From Hydrolagus affinis (lineage: Eukaryota), in contig JAAILG010001096.1 in assembly GCA_012026655.1 (NCBI GenBank), positions 1 to 64,000 of the forward strand: DNA of 64,000 nucleotides, read 5' to 3'. Numbering within the stretch: position 1 is the stretch's first letter; each line of letters opens with the position of its first letter. Below the pieces are notes generated by a model. It was not told the DNA's origin and did no database searches. It saw only the letters and a program-made list of their open reading frames with translations. Below, piece by piece: positions 12,888 to 27,633 of the stretch. The position numbers were made by a program, and so were the translations under genes.

Positions 12888-14347
12888 CTGCAGAGAATAC
12901 ACATTCACTATAGGTTTTTTGTTGTGATTGTGATATGATATACTGTATAGGCTTTGAGAATGATCTATGATGTTTGCTCACTCACACCAAACTCTGCACA
13001 CTATCACCCAATTCTCACCAGGCTTCATTGACTTATTGTATCCCAACACTTTTATTTTTCAACACATAAGCATAGGTTGTATTTTGTATACATTATCCTA
13101 CAAATATTTACAAATATTTACTGTACATACTTGACAGTAAATCCTGTGAATCGCTTTGAGACATTTCTCATGATAAGGTGTGATAATAATTATAATACAG
13201 TAACAGCGCTTTGGGATGTCCTTCCGATGTGAAAGGAACAATTCAAATGTAATTTATTGTTGCTGTGTTGTATCAAATGCAAGGCCAACACATTCTTCGC
13301 CCAACATACCTTATCATTAGCAAAAGACTGACAGAGACGAGAACAAAATAATTTATCAACAATTATATTAATTTACCAGAATCATTCTAGATCAGCCACT
13401 GAGAACCCATTATTTAACCTACATCTTAGAAATTTACTCTGTTTTATCAGATAGAGGACTGGGACACCAATCTATTTTGAACCTATCACAATGCATGCTA
13501 AATAAGATGCAAATATTCAACTGAGCTGCTGAGAGCTATCTGTATCTGTAATTTTCTGATAACACATCACATGCACCATAACCACACGTTACATCTGTGA
13601 AGAACGACAAACAAAATAATTTTATATTTATACAGTGCCTTTTACTTCAGGAGGACATCTAAAACTGCTTCACCGATTGGCTGGGTACCCAAACTGGGAT
13701 TAGGGAAAGCGCTTAAATCAAACAAGATTGCAATATGCACCATAAGACTTTATTGCAAATCAATATGTTTTGCACCAATGTCCAAGAGAGCATATTATCC
13801 TGTATGTACATTCAAGTATAATTTATTTTCCTATTTAAGTGAGTCACTCATATGAAGATTATACTGTTTATTTTGATTTTTTTCAAATACTGTACCAAAG
13901 TTAATACTCCAGAACATGAATTTCAACTCATTTTTTTCTCTAATACTTAACTTTAAATTGTATAACGTCTCATTTTTATTCCACTTATTTCTCTCCTTCC
14001 TAATTACCTTGTGGATTTCTTACCTTGGGCACTGGACTTTAGTCAATACTATTCCTGCCTTATGGATTTAGCCAAAATAATGCAGCTGTAGAAGCTAATA
14101 TGTTTGTGTCCATCACACTTATTACACATTCACACAAAAGGCAAGAAACTACTAATATTACTAAACATGCCAAGAAAAGTACATTTCTTTTCAATGTATT
14201 TACCACAAATAATTTCATCTAGAAATATTGTTTCTGAATGTAACTAAATCTAGTAAATTGAGGCATAATGAAATAACTTTATATTACATATCTTATCCTC
14301 TGGACTTTAAATGTTAACTAGATGATAATCAATCTTAAATCAATTAC

Positions 14348-14609
14348 TGTGTAATTGCTGAGTCAATAGATGATGTAGTTAAATATTGATAAGTGTCTAA
14401 AAGCTCCATCAGGATATATTGGCAAGCAGCAAGATGAATGCATGGCTATATCTGAGGAAAGGTGGACGTGCAGTGATTTGATAGCAGGCAGGACAGGGTT
14501 GAGTTTACATTCTGATTACTGCTGTTAGATGTGTGGATCGATACAATCAGCCTCTGCTCTGTCAGCACAGACCAGGAAGTCGTCAAGCTCTTGTTGCCAG
14601 ACTTTTCAT
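14348..14609 (-). pseudogene. GREB1-like pseudo-exon (QQELDDFL...PPFLRYSHAF)
   Basis: Acceptor ctttctgtgtctcttatatgcag. Resembles YFGLSEFI...LPLLRYDSSF; PFLRYSHAF at ~14436-14462. Confidence 0.6.
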
Positions 14610-15280
14610 CTGCATATAAGAGACACAGAAAGGACCGAATTATGTACTATTTAGTGGATCAGAGTGGAGCAGGGGGTAATGTATTAATAAGAACCATTGA
14701 ACTAGTCAGTGATTGCAGAGCAAGTATTTTAAATTTGTCTTTTCCGCTCATTCCCGTAGACTGGAGCTCACCATTCCATAGTTACTCAGAATAATATAAT
14801 ATGCTAAATATGTAAATATCCATACTAGACATAAAATGCCAGCATTAAGTAAGGAACAAATTGGGACTTGGTTTTATTTAAAGAAAGATTTCCAAATAAG
14901 TGAATTTGGGTTGATATGCCTTTTAATATTTTGATAATTTTCAGTTAAAAATACATTGATTTAAAGAAATAAAACAACCATCTTTTCCTCTCCAGTTTTC
15001 TGCACTCCCCATTCTTCTGAATGTGTTTGATTCATCGTTCCTTCGACTGCGATACAGTACCATAGGTGCCATTGCTCTCCCATGAACCTGCCCACCCATT
15101 CCGTTCATCGGGCTCCGGTCTGCTCCATGTCGCGCACCCGATCCTTTATAAATCTAATTTTGTTGTTGTTGGTACTTGCCCTGTGTGGTTACATTTGTAT
15201 ATGACCCTTAGCAATGAATGTTACATTTTATCTGATCTTGTTCATTTGGGTTCACTGAAGAGTATTCAGGACAATTGCCC

Positions 15281-15409
15281 TTGGCTATTTTCCCCATCAA
15301 CTAACCAAGGTGCTGAAACCAATTGTACCATTGGGTCAGAATTGGGATTGAACCTGAAATCTTGCTGTTTTAGCCACACACCAGATAATCTAGCTGAGCC
15401 ATTAGGGGA
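15281..15409 (-). mobile_element. LF-SINE-like fragment
   Basis: tggctattttcccc..aaggtgctgaaaccaattgtacc..gattgaacctg matches the reverse complement of the LF-SINE 5' part. Confidence 0.55.
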
Positions 15410-15739
15410 ACTAAAAGAAACCCTTTTATAAATTAATATTAGTTAAACAATTCTAAATATACAGCGTGTTGACCTGATGTTGTAAAGTTTTGCATATCCA
15501 AGCAACCAGAGTGCAACACATTAGTGAATTGTGACATGAGTGAATGGATATAGGCAAAATATCCCAGCCCCAGGTGACTTACAAGGTATAGATATTACAT
15601 GGCATCAAAGGTTGTATTGAAGGAAGGTGATGGGCAGTGGAGGTGGTCAAATATAATGAACGTTAGCTCAGTACCTTTAACTTGCTTTTGCTGAAATGTC
15701 GATGGTCACCTTCTTATCATCTCAAATGTTCTCCTCAGA

Positions 15740-15899
15740 GACTGTTTGTGGGATGTTGCTGTGCGCAATTGACTGCCACTTTTTGCCCACATATATGCAA
15801 TCAATTCACTGTACAGTATATTCTGTGAAGTGCTTTGAGATGTGTAGAAGACGGGAAAAACACTATATCAAATGCAAGGATTGTTGTTATTATTACTAT
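15740..15899 (+). mobile_element. tRNA SINE, 5'-truncated (core plus tail)
   Basis: gactgtttgtgggatgttgctgtgcgcaattg...aatgcaaggatt. Confidence 0.88.
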
Positions 15900-18208
15900 T
15901 GAAATGGGTTGTAAACACCTCAAAGGTAATAATGAAATACTCAACATCTATCCCCTCCCATCTCCAGAAATGTAAGGTAAAAAATATGATATTAATCAAA
16001 GAAACATTATATCTTATATCCCATGAATAGTTTGGGGCATGTTGCATACTTGTTCCTCTTTTAACCGTTATGGGATGTGGCTCATAAACTGCCTTGATCC
16101 ACTCATGATTTTATTCCATTCACACATTCCTCTCAAAAGTTTCATATGTTCCCTGCATGCAGAAATTAAACTAATTTACTATTACATTTAATGCCCATCT
16201 CATTATTTTCGAGTGGTTTACTTTTACCGTAAATTTAATGTTTATTTCCCTCATAAGTTCATGATTTTTTATGCCGGCCTCATTATCTTCGGTAGCTGAC
16301 AGTGCAGGATTGGGTTGAAGCCAAATTGCTGGTACGGTTGGACAGAGAGCTCCCAACTGCATTCTAATCCATGATAACTTTTACCTATGAACGTTTGACG
16401 CTGACTCTTGGTGTAAAGAGGAAATAATTCTATTTCCTAACACTTCTTTCAAAAGGCAACAAGAAAACAATGCTATTTAAAAAGTATTCAAGATTTTGTA
16501 TCAGAAATACAGTCAGCCTGCACGTACTGGGTAATTCATTGTGAAACAAATCGTACAATTGGGAGAATGAATTGGCAAATTGAATAAGATCATTAAACAT
16601 ATGCTATTTCCTTGCCCAAGTGGAAGATCAAGTGGAAGATTAAATGTGTATTCCGTCCACTGTGTCTAAGGTTGACACAGCCTGATTGCAGCAAGGACCA
16701 AAGGTTGAATCCGGGACCTTAAACTGCTCACCAGTGAATTATCCATAGGTCTCAGATATTTACTGAGAAGATGGAACATATTCCGCAGCTGATGAATGAG
16801 AAAATGGTCTGTGTGGGTCAGATACTCACAAATAAATTGTCCTTATGAACACTAGGAGAGCTGGAAAACCTTTTTGTGTTCTGATAATATGTTGGTAATT
16901 TGGTACAAACTCAGGATGCCACTTTCAGAAACTATCAGAGAAGGATATACTGTAATAAGAAGTTTTGTCTTGTGCAATATAATCCAGCAGTACCAAATAT
17001 TGCTTTAAAAAAACCAGCTGCAAGGTTTTGGATGTCCCTGTGCCTTGGGACATCTTCTCAACGTGAAAGGCGCTCTATAAATGTAATGTTGTTGTTGTTG
17101 TTGTTTTATTCCAAATTGAATGTTATGAAGACAGTTAAGAGTCCCAAGAGAGAAATGAAAAATGGCTGCAAATTACAGAACTCCAAATTACTGATGGGCT
17201 GTACTATTCTGATCTGATCTGTATAATGGAAGATGCCCAACATGGAACATTTTGTCTTTGCAGCATTAACAGGTTAGATACAGTATGGTTTTTCTTTAAC
17301 AAAATTGTCACGTTGCACATCATGTCATAATTAAAATATCACTCAAGAATAATATGTAGAGTACATTAAACCCTCTCCAGAACCAACATTTTCATTCAAT
17401 GCAGAGGTACTGACTTGTTGATGTTATGCAACATCAGTATTCATAAAAGATACATGCCTATGTCATTATGACTTGTTTTTCTAGGTTGTCAACGGTCACT
17501 GAAATATTAATTGTTTCACCCATAGGGTTATATTTAATGCAATATTCGTGCTAATATTTTTTTATGACTAGCATGTGTTTTTGTTCTATTTTCCAGCAGT
17601 GATTTTTGTTGCCTGCGTTTTCATATCCCTTCCATCAAAGCCATGTTCTGTTGTTTACTTTTCCCTTGCATTTTAGCTACAAGCAATTTATTATTACTTT
17701 GGAGGCCTTCAGGTTTTCACACATCCCTCAGTGGATCAATACTGAGTACTAGTACAATACTAGACTCCATCATTTTTAAACTTAGAGAACACATCATTGA
17801 CAGCTCAACTTGACCTGAAATAACACCCGTTTGAAGTACTTTCATCACAAGGCACTATCCTGTTTTCTTTGGCTTTGATTATCTGTTCCATTGTTTCTTT
17901 CTTAACTTTGCAGAGTCCTGCAAGTTATGAGCAGGGCCAATAGAAAATTGTGGAAATATCTGCCAAAAATTGCAGGTAAAATTTTAATATATTTTGTGGG
18001 GAAATTTGATGAGTTATGTGGAAAAGGGAGGGTGTATTGCGAGGTACATTTTACTGCCAGCATATTTTTTTTCACTTTATAAATACTAAATATGAAGAAA
18101 TAACACGTTAGATTGTTGCAAATTTCTTTAAGCTTTCTTTAACAAACCTGGGTGGCCCACTCTGGGATGTGTGTGTGAGGGAGGTATTTTCTGCCTCTCA
18201 GGGCCCAC

Positions 18209-18390
18209 CACCCCACACAGACACAGAGAGAGACACAGAGTGAGAAAGACAGACCGACAGAAAGAGAAAAACACTCACAGGCACCTCAGAGAGACAGACA
18301 AAGAAACTCACAGACACGCAGGGAGACACACAATCATTGAGAGATATACACACACTCACATACAGAGAGGAGAGAGAGAGACATACACAT
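18209..18390. repeat. (GA/CA)n-rich low-complexity microsatellite
   Basis: cacacagacacagagagagacac... Confidence 0.9.
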
Positions 18391-19747
18391 AGAGGAAAAT
18401 TGTGACTTAAGCTGTGTTCAGTAATAAGGTTGTATCTGCCACTCCCATGTCCTTAATTATGGTCATTATGACCATTAGGAGGGAAATATCTGCCTATCCT
18501 TCCACTTCATCATGTCCCCCTCCCATTTTTATTTACAGGTTTAATCATGATCACTAATGCACTCTTTAAAAATTATACTGCACAACGTAATTGCAGTCAG
18601 TGATAGCTTGATGTTAATTCATGATAAGCTAACCAGACTCATAACCCAAGTACAATAAGGATGTTGTGTCACATTGCTATGCAACATCATGAAATAGTAA
18701 TCTCCACTAACGTAGTTTAATTTCAGACTTGCTCAGGTCTTCAGACTTCACAAACTTAAATCCTAATATCATATAATAGCAATAACTTCCATTTGAGGGA
18801 ACATCCTCAGCAATAAACAGCTCATACACTTTGATTAAATGCAAAGTCTGAGTGCAAGCTTTATTTGTTCACTTATTGCCTTGCACTCTCTTGACAAATG
18901 GGAATTTCTGTTTAATTAAATACTATAAATAGACACAAAGCAATTCTAATTAGTCACAACTTATGCTAAAAGTCTTTAAAATACAATACATATTCTCAAA
19001 CCATCCTTGCAAACCCCATCAGCAGCAACAAGGACTGTATTTATTATGCAATTTAACACACTTTGTTTTAGCAGCAGTGAAGGATATTCAAAAATCTAAT
19101 CTTTTGCTGTTGACTGAATCATTTTTATTTGCATTTATTGTTTCATGCTGAAGGATTCATATACAAACTGCTTATTAAACGGCATCGGGCCTTCATTGCA
19201 TCAATTTTAGCAGCCTGCTTAGTGCAGTTGTGAGTTTTTCCAGCCAGTTTTTTGAATAATCTTATATTTTACTTGCTGAATGTGACTACTACCATCCACC
19301 AGCATTTTAGAAATAAACTAAGCACCATGATGTTTTTGTTTCAGCTGAATGAACAGATTATGCTTGATTTGTAACCGCAACAGGTTAAAGATCAATTATA
19401 TGCCAATTTAAAATACCTTTGCAGAAAAAGCATTTTATGAGGTGTATCTCATAAATATTTTATTCACTGAACCTGACTAATTTGGTCTTCTGGTTCTCCA
19501 TCATTTTTTATTAAGCCCGTTTTAACAATCTTTGCTTCTATCCTCATTGCCTGAGTAGTATTGAGTTCATTCCATCTGTCGTTGCCTTATGAACATTAAA
19601 GTTTCATTAATGTTAAATCACCATTTCATTACTCGTCTCTATTTTCTCTAAGACCTCAGGTATGTTCTTGTGATGTCTCAAATACCTTGTTCAGTGATTA
19701 AATAAACCATATATGATGGGAATTGTCTCACTGCATACAGTCACCAC

Positions 19748-19985
19748 TGAGCTGAGTTAGTTGACCTCAGATTGGATAATCAATAGGCACATTATAATTG
19801 GCCTTAGCACACAGACTGAAGGAGGGGAAATCAAGAGGCAGGGCTTACACTCCTAAGTTCATGACTGTCAGGTGAGGTAAAGGTAAGAGTTCAGCTGTGA
19901 TGCCCTGCTATGACACTCGCTGTTAAAACTTACAATTGAATCCTGGTTATTTGGGGGCTACCTGCATACTAAGTTAATTGTTCAT
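19748..19985 (+). mobile_element. LF-SINE-like element
   Basis: gctgagttagttgacctcag..aattggccttagcac..ggaggggaaatca..gtcaggtgagg..cagctgtgatgccc..gacactcgctgt matches recalled LF-SINE consensus blocks in order. Confidence 0.75.
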
Positions 19986-21280
19986 CAGTCTCAAGGCAAG
20001 GCAAATGACTGCCATGTTTTCCCACAGGAACAATCACTAACCAACAGTAATTGTGAAACTCACTGAAATATTTCAACATGATAAAGTGCTATAAAAATTT
20101 CTGTATGTTCTATTCTCCCACCATCTTCTTTCTCGCAGTGGTCCATTTGCTCCTCAGCATATTTCCCTTTAAACAAAAATAGTGGCCAAGGATTGTTTAC
20201 TAGTCCAGTCTTTCCACACTGGACTATCCTTTTAGCAATTTTAATTTGTCTGGTCTTCCTCTTACCCAAGTTCCTTAGATCATTTTTAAAATATCTGTTC
20301 TTCATATATACTATACTCAACTTTCACCCTTAATCATTTAGATTTAATGATATTCTTTTGCTTCTGTGTGGTATATTTAATTTACATCTTTTTCAATATG
20401 TCCTTTCAAGTCTTATGTTTTTGACTGGTATTTTTCTCCCTCAAGGATAGTTCCACACTTTTTCCTTCTGACTTTGTTCCTCGTGGGTTTAACATCAACT
20501 TTCCTGAATCTCATATATCTATTTGCTTATATCTTGTTCCTACCTGTCTCATAACATCAGATCTAATGATATAGGATAATGATCAAGAGTTTCCCTAACA
20601 TTTTCAACCAGCACTGAATACTGAATATTTTTCTAGGAGTGCTAGAGCACTCCTGTAGCTCTTTGAGACATCAGCTTGACCTGCAAAATTCTACATCAAA
20701 TGCAATATACCACTGTATTACCTCATTGAACTACCTTATAAATTCCTTCTCTTTTCATTTGTGAAAGTTAATTCCCCATAGTTAACACTTGTTATTCCCT
20801 TGATGCGCAGTCATTTCTTCGATATTTTACTTTTCACTGAGTTGCTATAGCAGTTCTAAAACAATAATTTTCTTTCTTCTGTGCCATAGATAGAAACAGC
20901 CAAGCTGCGTTTATACAGCTAAAAGTGAACAATTGTTTTCAGCGGTAGAGTGGTGCAGTGTATATAATTTATATATAATTCTGAAATCAGTTTTTATTAA
21001 TGCTAAAAGAATCAGAGTCAATTGTACAACAACAACACAAAAAGCCCTGTATGTTGTTGGGTAACTATTGAAATAACTGAGTTTTCAGAGGGGGTGCATG
21101 GGCATGTAGAAGCAACGCTCAATTGAATTGGACTCCTCCAGATGGTGTCATAAGCAGAGCTGCAGCAAAATCATCTTGGTTGACCCATTGATTTATGCAG
21201 ACCATTTAATGGTGAATCATTGCCAACACTGCAATAATTCACTACAGCATGTACAATATAAAATCACACTGATCGTAAGA

Positions 21281-22020
21281 TCATAGAATTATACGGCACA
21301 AAAGGAGGCCATTCGGCCCATCTAGTTTTTGAACAATCCCACTGCCCAGCTTTCTCCCTACAATCTAACAGACCGGCTCTTCCTAAATAAAGATCTAGTT
21401 CCCTTTTAAAAGCTGTTATGGAATCTGCCTCCACCACCTTTTCAGGCAATGCATTCCAGATTCAAACAACCCGCTGAGTGAAAAAATTTCTCCTCAGCTC
21501 CCCTCTGCTTCGTTTTGAAACTATTTTAAATTTGTGATCACGAGTTACTGATTTGCCCACCAGTGGAAACAGTCTTTTCCTATTCACCCTGTCGAAACCT
21601 TTCAATCTTATAAACCTCTATTAGGTCTCCTCTCAATCTTTGTTCCAGAGAGAATAATCCTAGCCTATCTAGCCTTTCCTCGTAGCTGAAGTCCCTCATT
21701 CCTGGTACCATCCTAGTAAATCTCCTCTGCGCCCTTTCCAATGCCTAAATATCCTTCCTAAAGTGTGGTGACTAGAATTGTACACAGTACTCCATCTGAG
21801 GCCTTAATAATAACCTCTATTAACCTTATAGAGGTTAATCAGCACTTCCTGACTTTTGTACTCTATACCCCTATTTATAAAGCCTAGTATCCCATATGCC
21901 TTCTTAATGGCTTTGTTCACCTGTCCTGCCACTTTCAAAGAGTCACTAACACAAATCCCCAGGTCTCTCTGTTCCTTCATACCCTTTAAAATTGTATTAT
22001 CTAGCTTATATTGCCTCCAC
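21281..22020 (-). mobile_element. CR1 LINE 3' fragment (RT C-terminus plus 3' UTR)
   Basis: Translates EQRDLGICVSDSLKVAGQVNKAIKKAYGILGFINRGIEYKS...RPQMEYCVQF*SPHFRKD...RGDLIEVYK; ends in GGGCCGAATGGCCTCC. Confidence 0.95.
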
Positions 22021-24140
22021 TGAAACTGTTCAAATCTTCTTAAAGATGATCAAATATTGTGTTCTACGTCTACCTGTGATGTGTAGAGCAGTATCTTAGG
22101 GTGTGTTTTGTTACAATATCGATAGAGTGGAACAAGATTAGACCAAGAGGTGACATACATTTAGAGTTCAAAAACGCAATATCAGAACAGATAGCCAGTC
22201 AGGCCAGGCACTGGGCGCATTTAAAAAGCAGCTTGATGCATTGATGAGAGGATCATTTTCTTGTGGAAACTTTGGGTTCTCCAGCAGAGAAGAATCTAAC
22301 TTTTGTGTCCACCTTAGTATTCAGGCTTCTCTTCACAGTATTAAATGATTGGATGGTTCAAAGTGTAATCCTGTGAGACTGAATTCACTTTCAAAGTACA
22401 ACAGAGAATTTGTGACAAATTTAATTAGAACTAATAATAACAGTGGTGGGGAGGGGTTGAAGTTACATTGGACATTTAAAGTTATGGTGGCTCTCACTTT
22501 TAGTTGTTTCAAATTTCAGATGGATGCAACTCACTAAACTAACAGCGAAATAAGTAGTGCTGCAAGACATTGTTGCTTATTTCTTAAGTGAGTTGCACGA
22601 ATCCACTTTCACTGCTAAGATAATTCTGTTAAGTAATGTTAAGTTAAATAGCCATTGTAAATTATGGCACATTTTCTGGGATATTATGTTCAACTCATTG
22701 CTTTACCATTTTAGCAACTGAATTGAAAAAAACCTTCTAAATATTTGTAGTGTTAAACAGAGAATCTTTAGAAAACTTTTAAAAGCTTAATCTAGGCAAG
22801 GGACAATGGGGTATTAGAATGGATATTTTTCTCTCTCTTGCACTTAACTATCTAATCAAACTATTGGTTGGACATAATATATGGTCAGTCTATGTCAATC
22901 AGATGCACCTCCATACAGTATTCTCCCATGATCATATTTAGAAAAAAAGAGATCGAGAAGCCATCAGTTAAAGTAATGGATCAATATAATGTTGTACTTA
23001 CAAGGTTTTCAACACACAAAAAATTATCTTGCTTTAGGTATTTGAACACATTGAAAGACAGACTAATTATAAATGGATGGCTCTAGTTTGAGTTTTGTAT
23101 CTTCTCTTCAGTTTTCATTTGATTTATGTTGTAGTTAAAGAACTCATGTAATGTGACGGAATGATTGGATAATATGATGAGTATTACATGACTGAAGCGT
23201 TGGGGGTTCTCATCCTATAAAATCTGGAACAAATGACAAACATCAGTGAGGTTATCTTCAGAGCAAATAAAGACAGGACAAACGGATACTTCCTCAAAGA
23301 GTTTTGAATTTACAAAGTCGAAAAGATGTAATGAATAGTGATTTTATGGAACTTTCTTTTCACTAATGTTTTAACTCATGAAGGAATGCTATCTCATCTG
23401 ATTCTTATTCCACAGGCGTTTTAGTTCCATGCACCTTTCCACTCAATAATCCATGTAATGAAATGTTCAGACCATGGATTTTCCCTCATTAATGTGCTAT
23501 GTGATTCACAAAGACCCGTGTAAAATCGTTCGTTAGTTTGTAGTTGGAATTGTCTGGTGCCCAATATTTAGAAAAAATGATACGATACTCAAAATATGTG
23601 TTATTCAAGAGTAAGTACTTCAGTACAAGCTAATACAGGTGTTCATGGTTCCTAACATAGGCTCTCAGAAGTCATCATCCAACAGTGAACTCAGATTAAA
23701 GCATTACACTTCAATAGCTTGATAAATATCTTGAATACATAATCAAACCGAATACCTGGTGTTAACTAGATTTTTATGATCAAGTACAATTGCAAAGCAT
23801 ATTCATCACTGAAAATAATTTAACAGCATTAACAATTCACAGAAGTTCAATTTTGCATTATAAATATAGTTGGACTATATTTAGTGCAAATATAGTTACA
23901 CTATATTTAAATAGAAATGAAACCCAATAAAGTAAATATCCGAGGAAATAATTTTTTTACCCAGTAAATATCTGAAATTTGAGAGTCATATAATGGTAAT
24001 TGATTGCTAGGACCAGAGTTTCTCATTATTAACCTGATACTGTATGTTTTTTTTAACAAAAACTGTGTTGCCTCTGGGAATGTACATTTCAAAATGTCAT
24101 TGAAGAACGATTCAAGGTCACACTCCACTGACATATTAAA

Positions 24141-24578
24141 TAATAATAAATAATGGTAATCCTTGCAATTGATATAACACCTTATCACATCGTCAAGACT
24201 TCTCAAATCATTTCACAGGATTTACTTTAAAAATATATTGACTGTGTTAGGCAAATGGTGCAGCTGATTTGCACATAGCAATGTCCCATTAAGTGAAAAA
24301 TCTATTTTTTGTCTGGAAGAATGTTGGCCAAGACACAGGGAGAAAACTCCCCTTTCTTTTTGAATAGGGCCATGGGATCTTTAACAGCCACCTGAACAGT
24401 CAGATGGGATGTCAATTTAATGTCTTTCTTTGTCCAAAGGAGGCATCTGTGACAATGCAACATTCCCCCAGGACTGTGGTTGAGTGGAAGCCTAGACTGT
24501 GAATTTAAAGTCCTGTTGCGGGGTTTGAATCTACAACTTTCTGAATCAGAGAGTGTCATCACCTGAGTCAAACTGACA
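24141..24578 (-). mobile_element. Full-length DeuSINE (SacSINE1/AmnSINE1-like)
   Basis: ttggccaagacacagggagaaaactcccc..gccatgggatcttt..cacctga..gacaatgcaacattcccc, plus tRNA head and L2-type tail. Confidence 0.85.
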
Positions 24579-24938
24579 GCTGACATACTCTGACCATATC
24601 AGAGTAGAGTTTCCATTGGCCTCAGATGAACATGTATTACTTACAGTTATCAGAAGGAATCGCTTATGATAACTGTGTGATTTATTCCTCAATAAGGCAT
24701 CCCATTCAGAAATACAAAATTAGTCATTTACCATGTTGCATTTAAAAAACATGGATCTTTTAATTTGGACTGGCAATTTGGACTGTCACTCAAGTGACCT
24801 AATTATTTTACTGAATTCTTCTGCTGTGCAATTTTAGGAGCTGTTTTGACAACGTCCCTGGTGTTCAAAACTTTGGCATGGACTTGGTGGAGTAAGCTTA
24901 ACAAACAAGGTCTTAAAGCCTGAGGTGAGCTTCATTAC

Positions 24939-25104
24939 CAACTACTCTGTACTCATATGTGGCGTTACTGCCAAGATCCCTCCGACTTGTCGATACCTTT
25001 CACTCAAAATGTAGATTTGAACACAAATTGGATTGCTCCCAAGGATGTTGCATTCATTGCGCTTGCATATTGAAGTGGAGAATGTTACTTGGTACATTAT
25101 GTCC
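24939..25104 (-). pseudogene. GREB1-like pseudo-exon (DIMYQVTFSTSICKRNECNILGSNPIC)
   Basis: Acceptor gtactttatctttttacag, donor TTG|gtaatg. V-T-x12-I-x3-N-x-I spacing identical to HVTSFPYALQTQHTLISPYNEIHW. Confidence 0.6.
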
Positions 25105-26259
25105 CTGTAAAAAGATAAAGTACTATACATATTAAATGTGCTTCATTCGGTGGGTGCTTTTACCTTTGTTGTGAGAATGAAATCTGGGGTGTGATGTTGC
25201 AAATGTAGCATACTGACATTAAACCAAGGTCAACCAAGTAAAGTACAGGAGTTGGTGTTGGGACAAATTATTTATTCCTAGTCTTTATTCCTAGAGGCGA
25301 GATCCTGAGCTGCAGTAACATTCATTTACTTCATGGTAATTATTAATTTCTGCCACTAGTAATAAATATTTCTGCTGCCACCTTCTCCTAAAAAATGTTC
25401 TGCAATTTATTGGTCGTAGTACAATGCAATTCCTCTCCAGATTGAGAAGTGGTAGGTGATTGTTGTTATGTCTAAGGAAAACATAACACACTCTTAAGGC
25501 ATACAAATCAAGAATCACTCCGAATCAGAATCATCATGAAAATCTGTCATTAAGTAGTTACGTTAGCAACTATTTCTGGGAAACTTTCTTTTCAGAATTT
25601 TTCTCCATTTCAATTTACAGCTGCTTTGCTTGCTGATTCTTTGTAACCTTGAGTCAAAGCTAAATATTCAACCATTATCCCAACTGTCTTATGTGCCCTT
25701 TGAATGAAACTGCCCCAGTTAAGTAGGATTTTATGCAAATCATCTAATTCACCATATATAAACAAAACATAACTGACGTGCAATCAAATACAGTAGTTGT
25801 GTTAGATTGGCTTATGATCTATAGAGGGTCTAATTACATGTACTGCCAGCATAATCATATAAATCTAGTTAATGCTTTCAACCCGCTCCCTTTCCTCCTT
25901 ATTTGCATTCAAAAAGGCTGCTACATTCTTCAGGCGGTTGAAATAAACAAATCATGAAGACTGTAAAATTGTGAAGAGACTTCATAATACCAGGGGCTCA
26001 AATGGGGCTCCTGTGGGCCACAGGGGCCATTGTAAACCACCTGCCTTTCATTCTTGATGATCATTGATAGTGAAATGTAAATACAGGAATGGTTTGCCTC
26101 ATCCTTTTGTGAAGATCTGCCCTTACTTCTTGTAACATAGGATCATAGACTTTATACCCTACAGATTATGATGAACTAGCTGAGGAATTCTTCCTCATCT
26201 GCAGTTATCTCTTGGTAAAAGAGGCCTACTAAATTCTCCAAGGAGCAAGTTTATGCATA

Positions 26260-26446
26260 ACTTAGTAAGAATGTGGAACTCGCTGCCTGAAGCGGTGGAT
26301 AAATCAGTTAGAGTAAGGGCACTTTGGAGGAAGCCAGATGCATACATGAGGGAGAAGGAAATAGAATGAAGTAAGGAGTGGGTGGAGACTCATGTGAAGT
26401 TTAAACACCGACACAAACTAGTTGGGCTGAATGGCCTGTTTCTGTC
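26260..26446 (+). mobile_element. CR1 3' end fragment
   Basis: atgtggaactcgctgcctgaagcggtgg (WNSLP) ... gttgggctgaatggcctgtttctg. Confidence 0.85.
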
Positions 26447-27633
26447 TCTAGAAAAAATAAACGGAGTAAGTTGAAAGAACCACAATAGCAGCACTTTGGA
26501 AAGTCTGTTTGCAAATATGCCCAAATGATTTATTTTCAAAGGGACTTTGTTAGTGTAAATACAACAGCAAGCAGCCTTTCCGTTTTATGAAAAACAACAG
26601 AACAGAAACTGAGGGCAATATAATATAAATGGTCTGCTGTAGAAAGAAATAATGAGATTCAGTTTTCTTTTAATGAATAGATGTTTTTGATGTATTTATT
26701 TCCCTGCTACTGTATTATTAAATTATGCTCGGAGTAAGGAAAGGATAAATATACTGAAAATGTCAGAAACTTGCATTAGACACAGCTCAGCACTGCAGAA
26801 TTAATCCTTAGAAATTCTTTGGTAAGTAAACAGACAGGCTGTGGTACATGGTGCCATTCCCTCATTCTGCTACTCACCTTCCTATCACGTTTCTGCATTG
26901 ATTTCCTCCACTCTTTAGTCTTCTCATTGTTTTCTTCAAAGTTCAAATATGTATTTCACCTTTACATTTTCTATCGATTACTTTTAAAACAAACCTCCAA
27001 ATAACTTTAAGCTATTTAATTCATTTTACTCACTTGTTACAGTGCACTCACAAATACCGGAGGTTGTCTTTAGAACCGAATCCCAAAAGGAGTAAAGTAT
27101 GCCAAAGTACCTTCAGGAGAGAAACTTTGAAGGAGAAAAAATAAGAGTTTATTTATTTCAGTCACATTTACAATTGTTCGAATCACAATGGTTTGCTGCC
27201 TAATTTTCTAAAGCAAATAACGTCAAAGCCAAGTAAAAGTTTGCAACAAAAATGTGGTTAGTTATCAGGCTCAATTAAGTGAATTGGACAACTGAGATTG
27301 TTTGTTCTCCCTTGTTCAGAGCAGCATGAGTAATATGTGATACTTATAGTAAAAAGTGAAGCTGCTGAAAACTGGATAGCCTTCAGTCAGTGGGCTTTCA
27401 GCTATTCATTCAGGTGTGATTGATTTTCGGTCACCTTGCCAGGAGCAAAATTATTGTTGAAAGGCTAAGGGAAAATGCAATGTAAATCTATGAGGCTATG
27501 CTTATAACAGTTAAAGTCAACTGAAAAACTGTTATGGGAAATCACAATGGGCGCTCTTGATGGGACTAAACGTTCAGAAACTAAATCCTATGTTTATTAG
27601 ATTTTGCTACTTTAGACGTTTATTATTTCAAAC

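Noticed and set aside
24838-24924. Plus-strand exon-like segment with AG acceptor and GAG|gtgagc donor
   Set aside because: Stops in all three frames and no partner exons; possible only as a non-coding exon.
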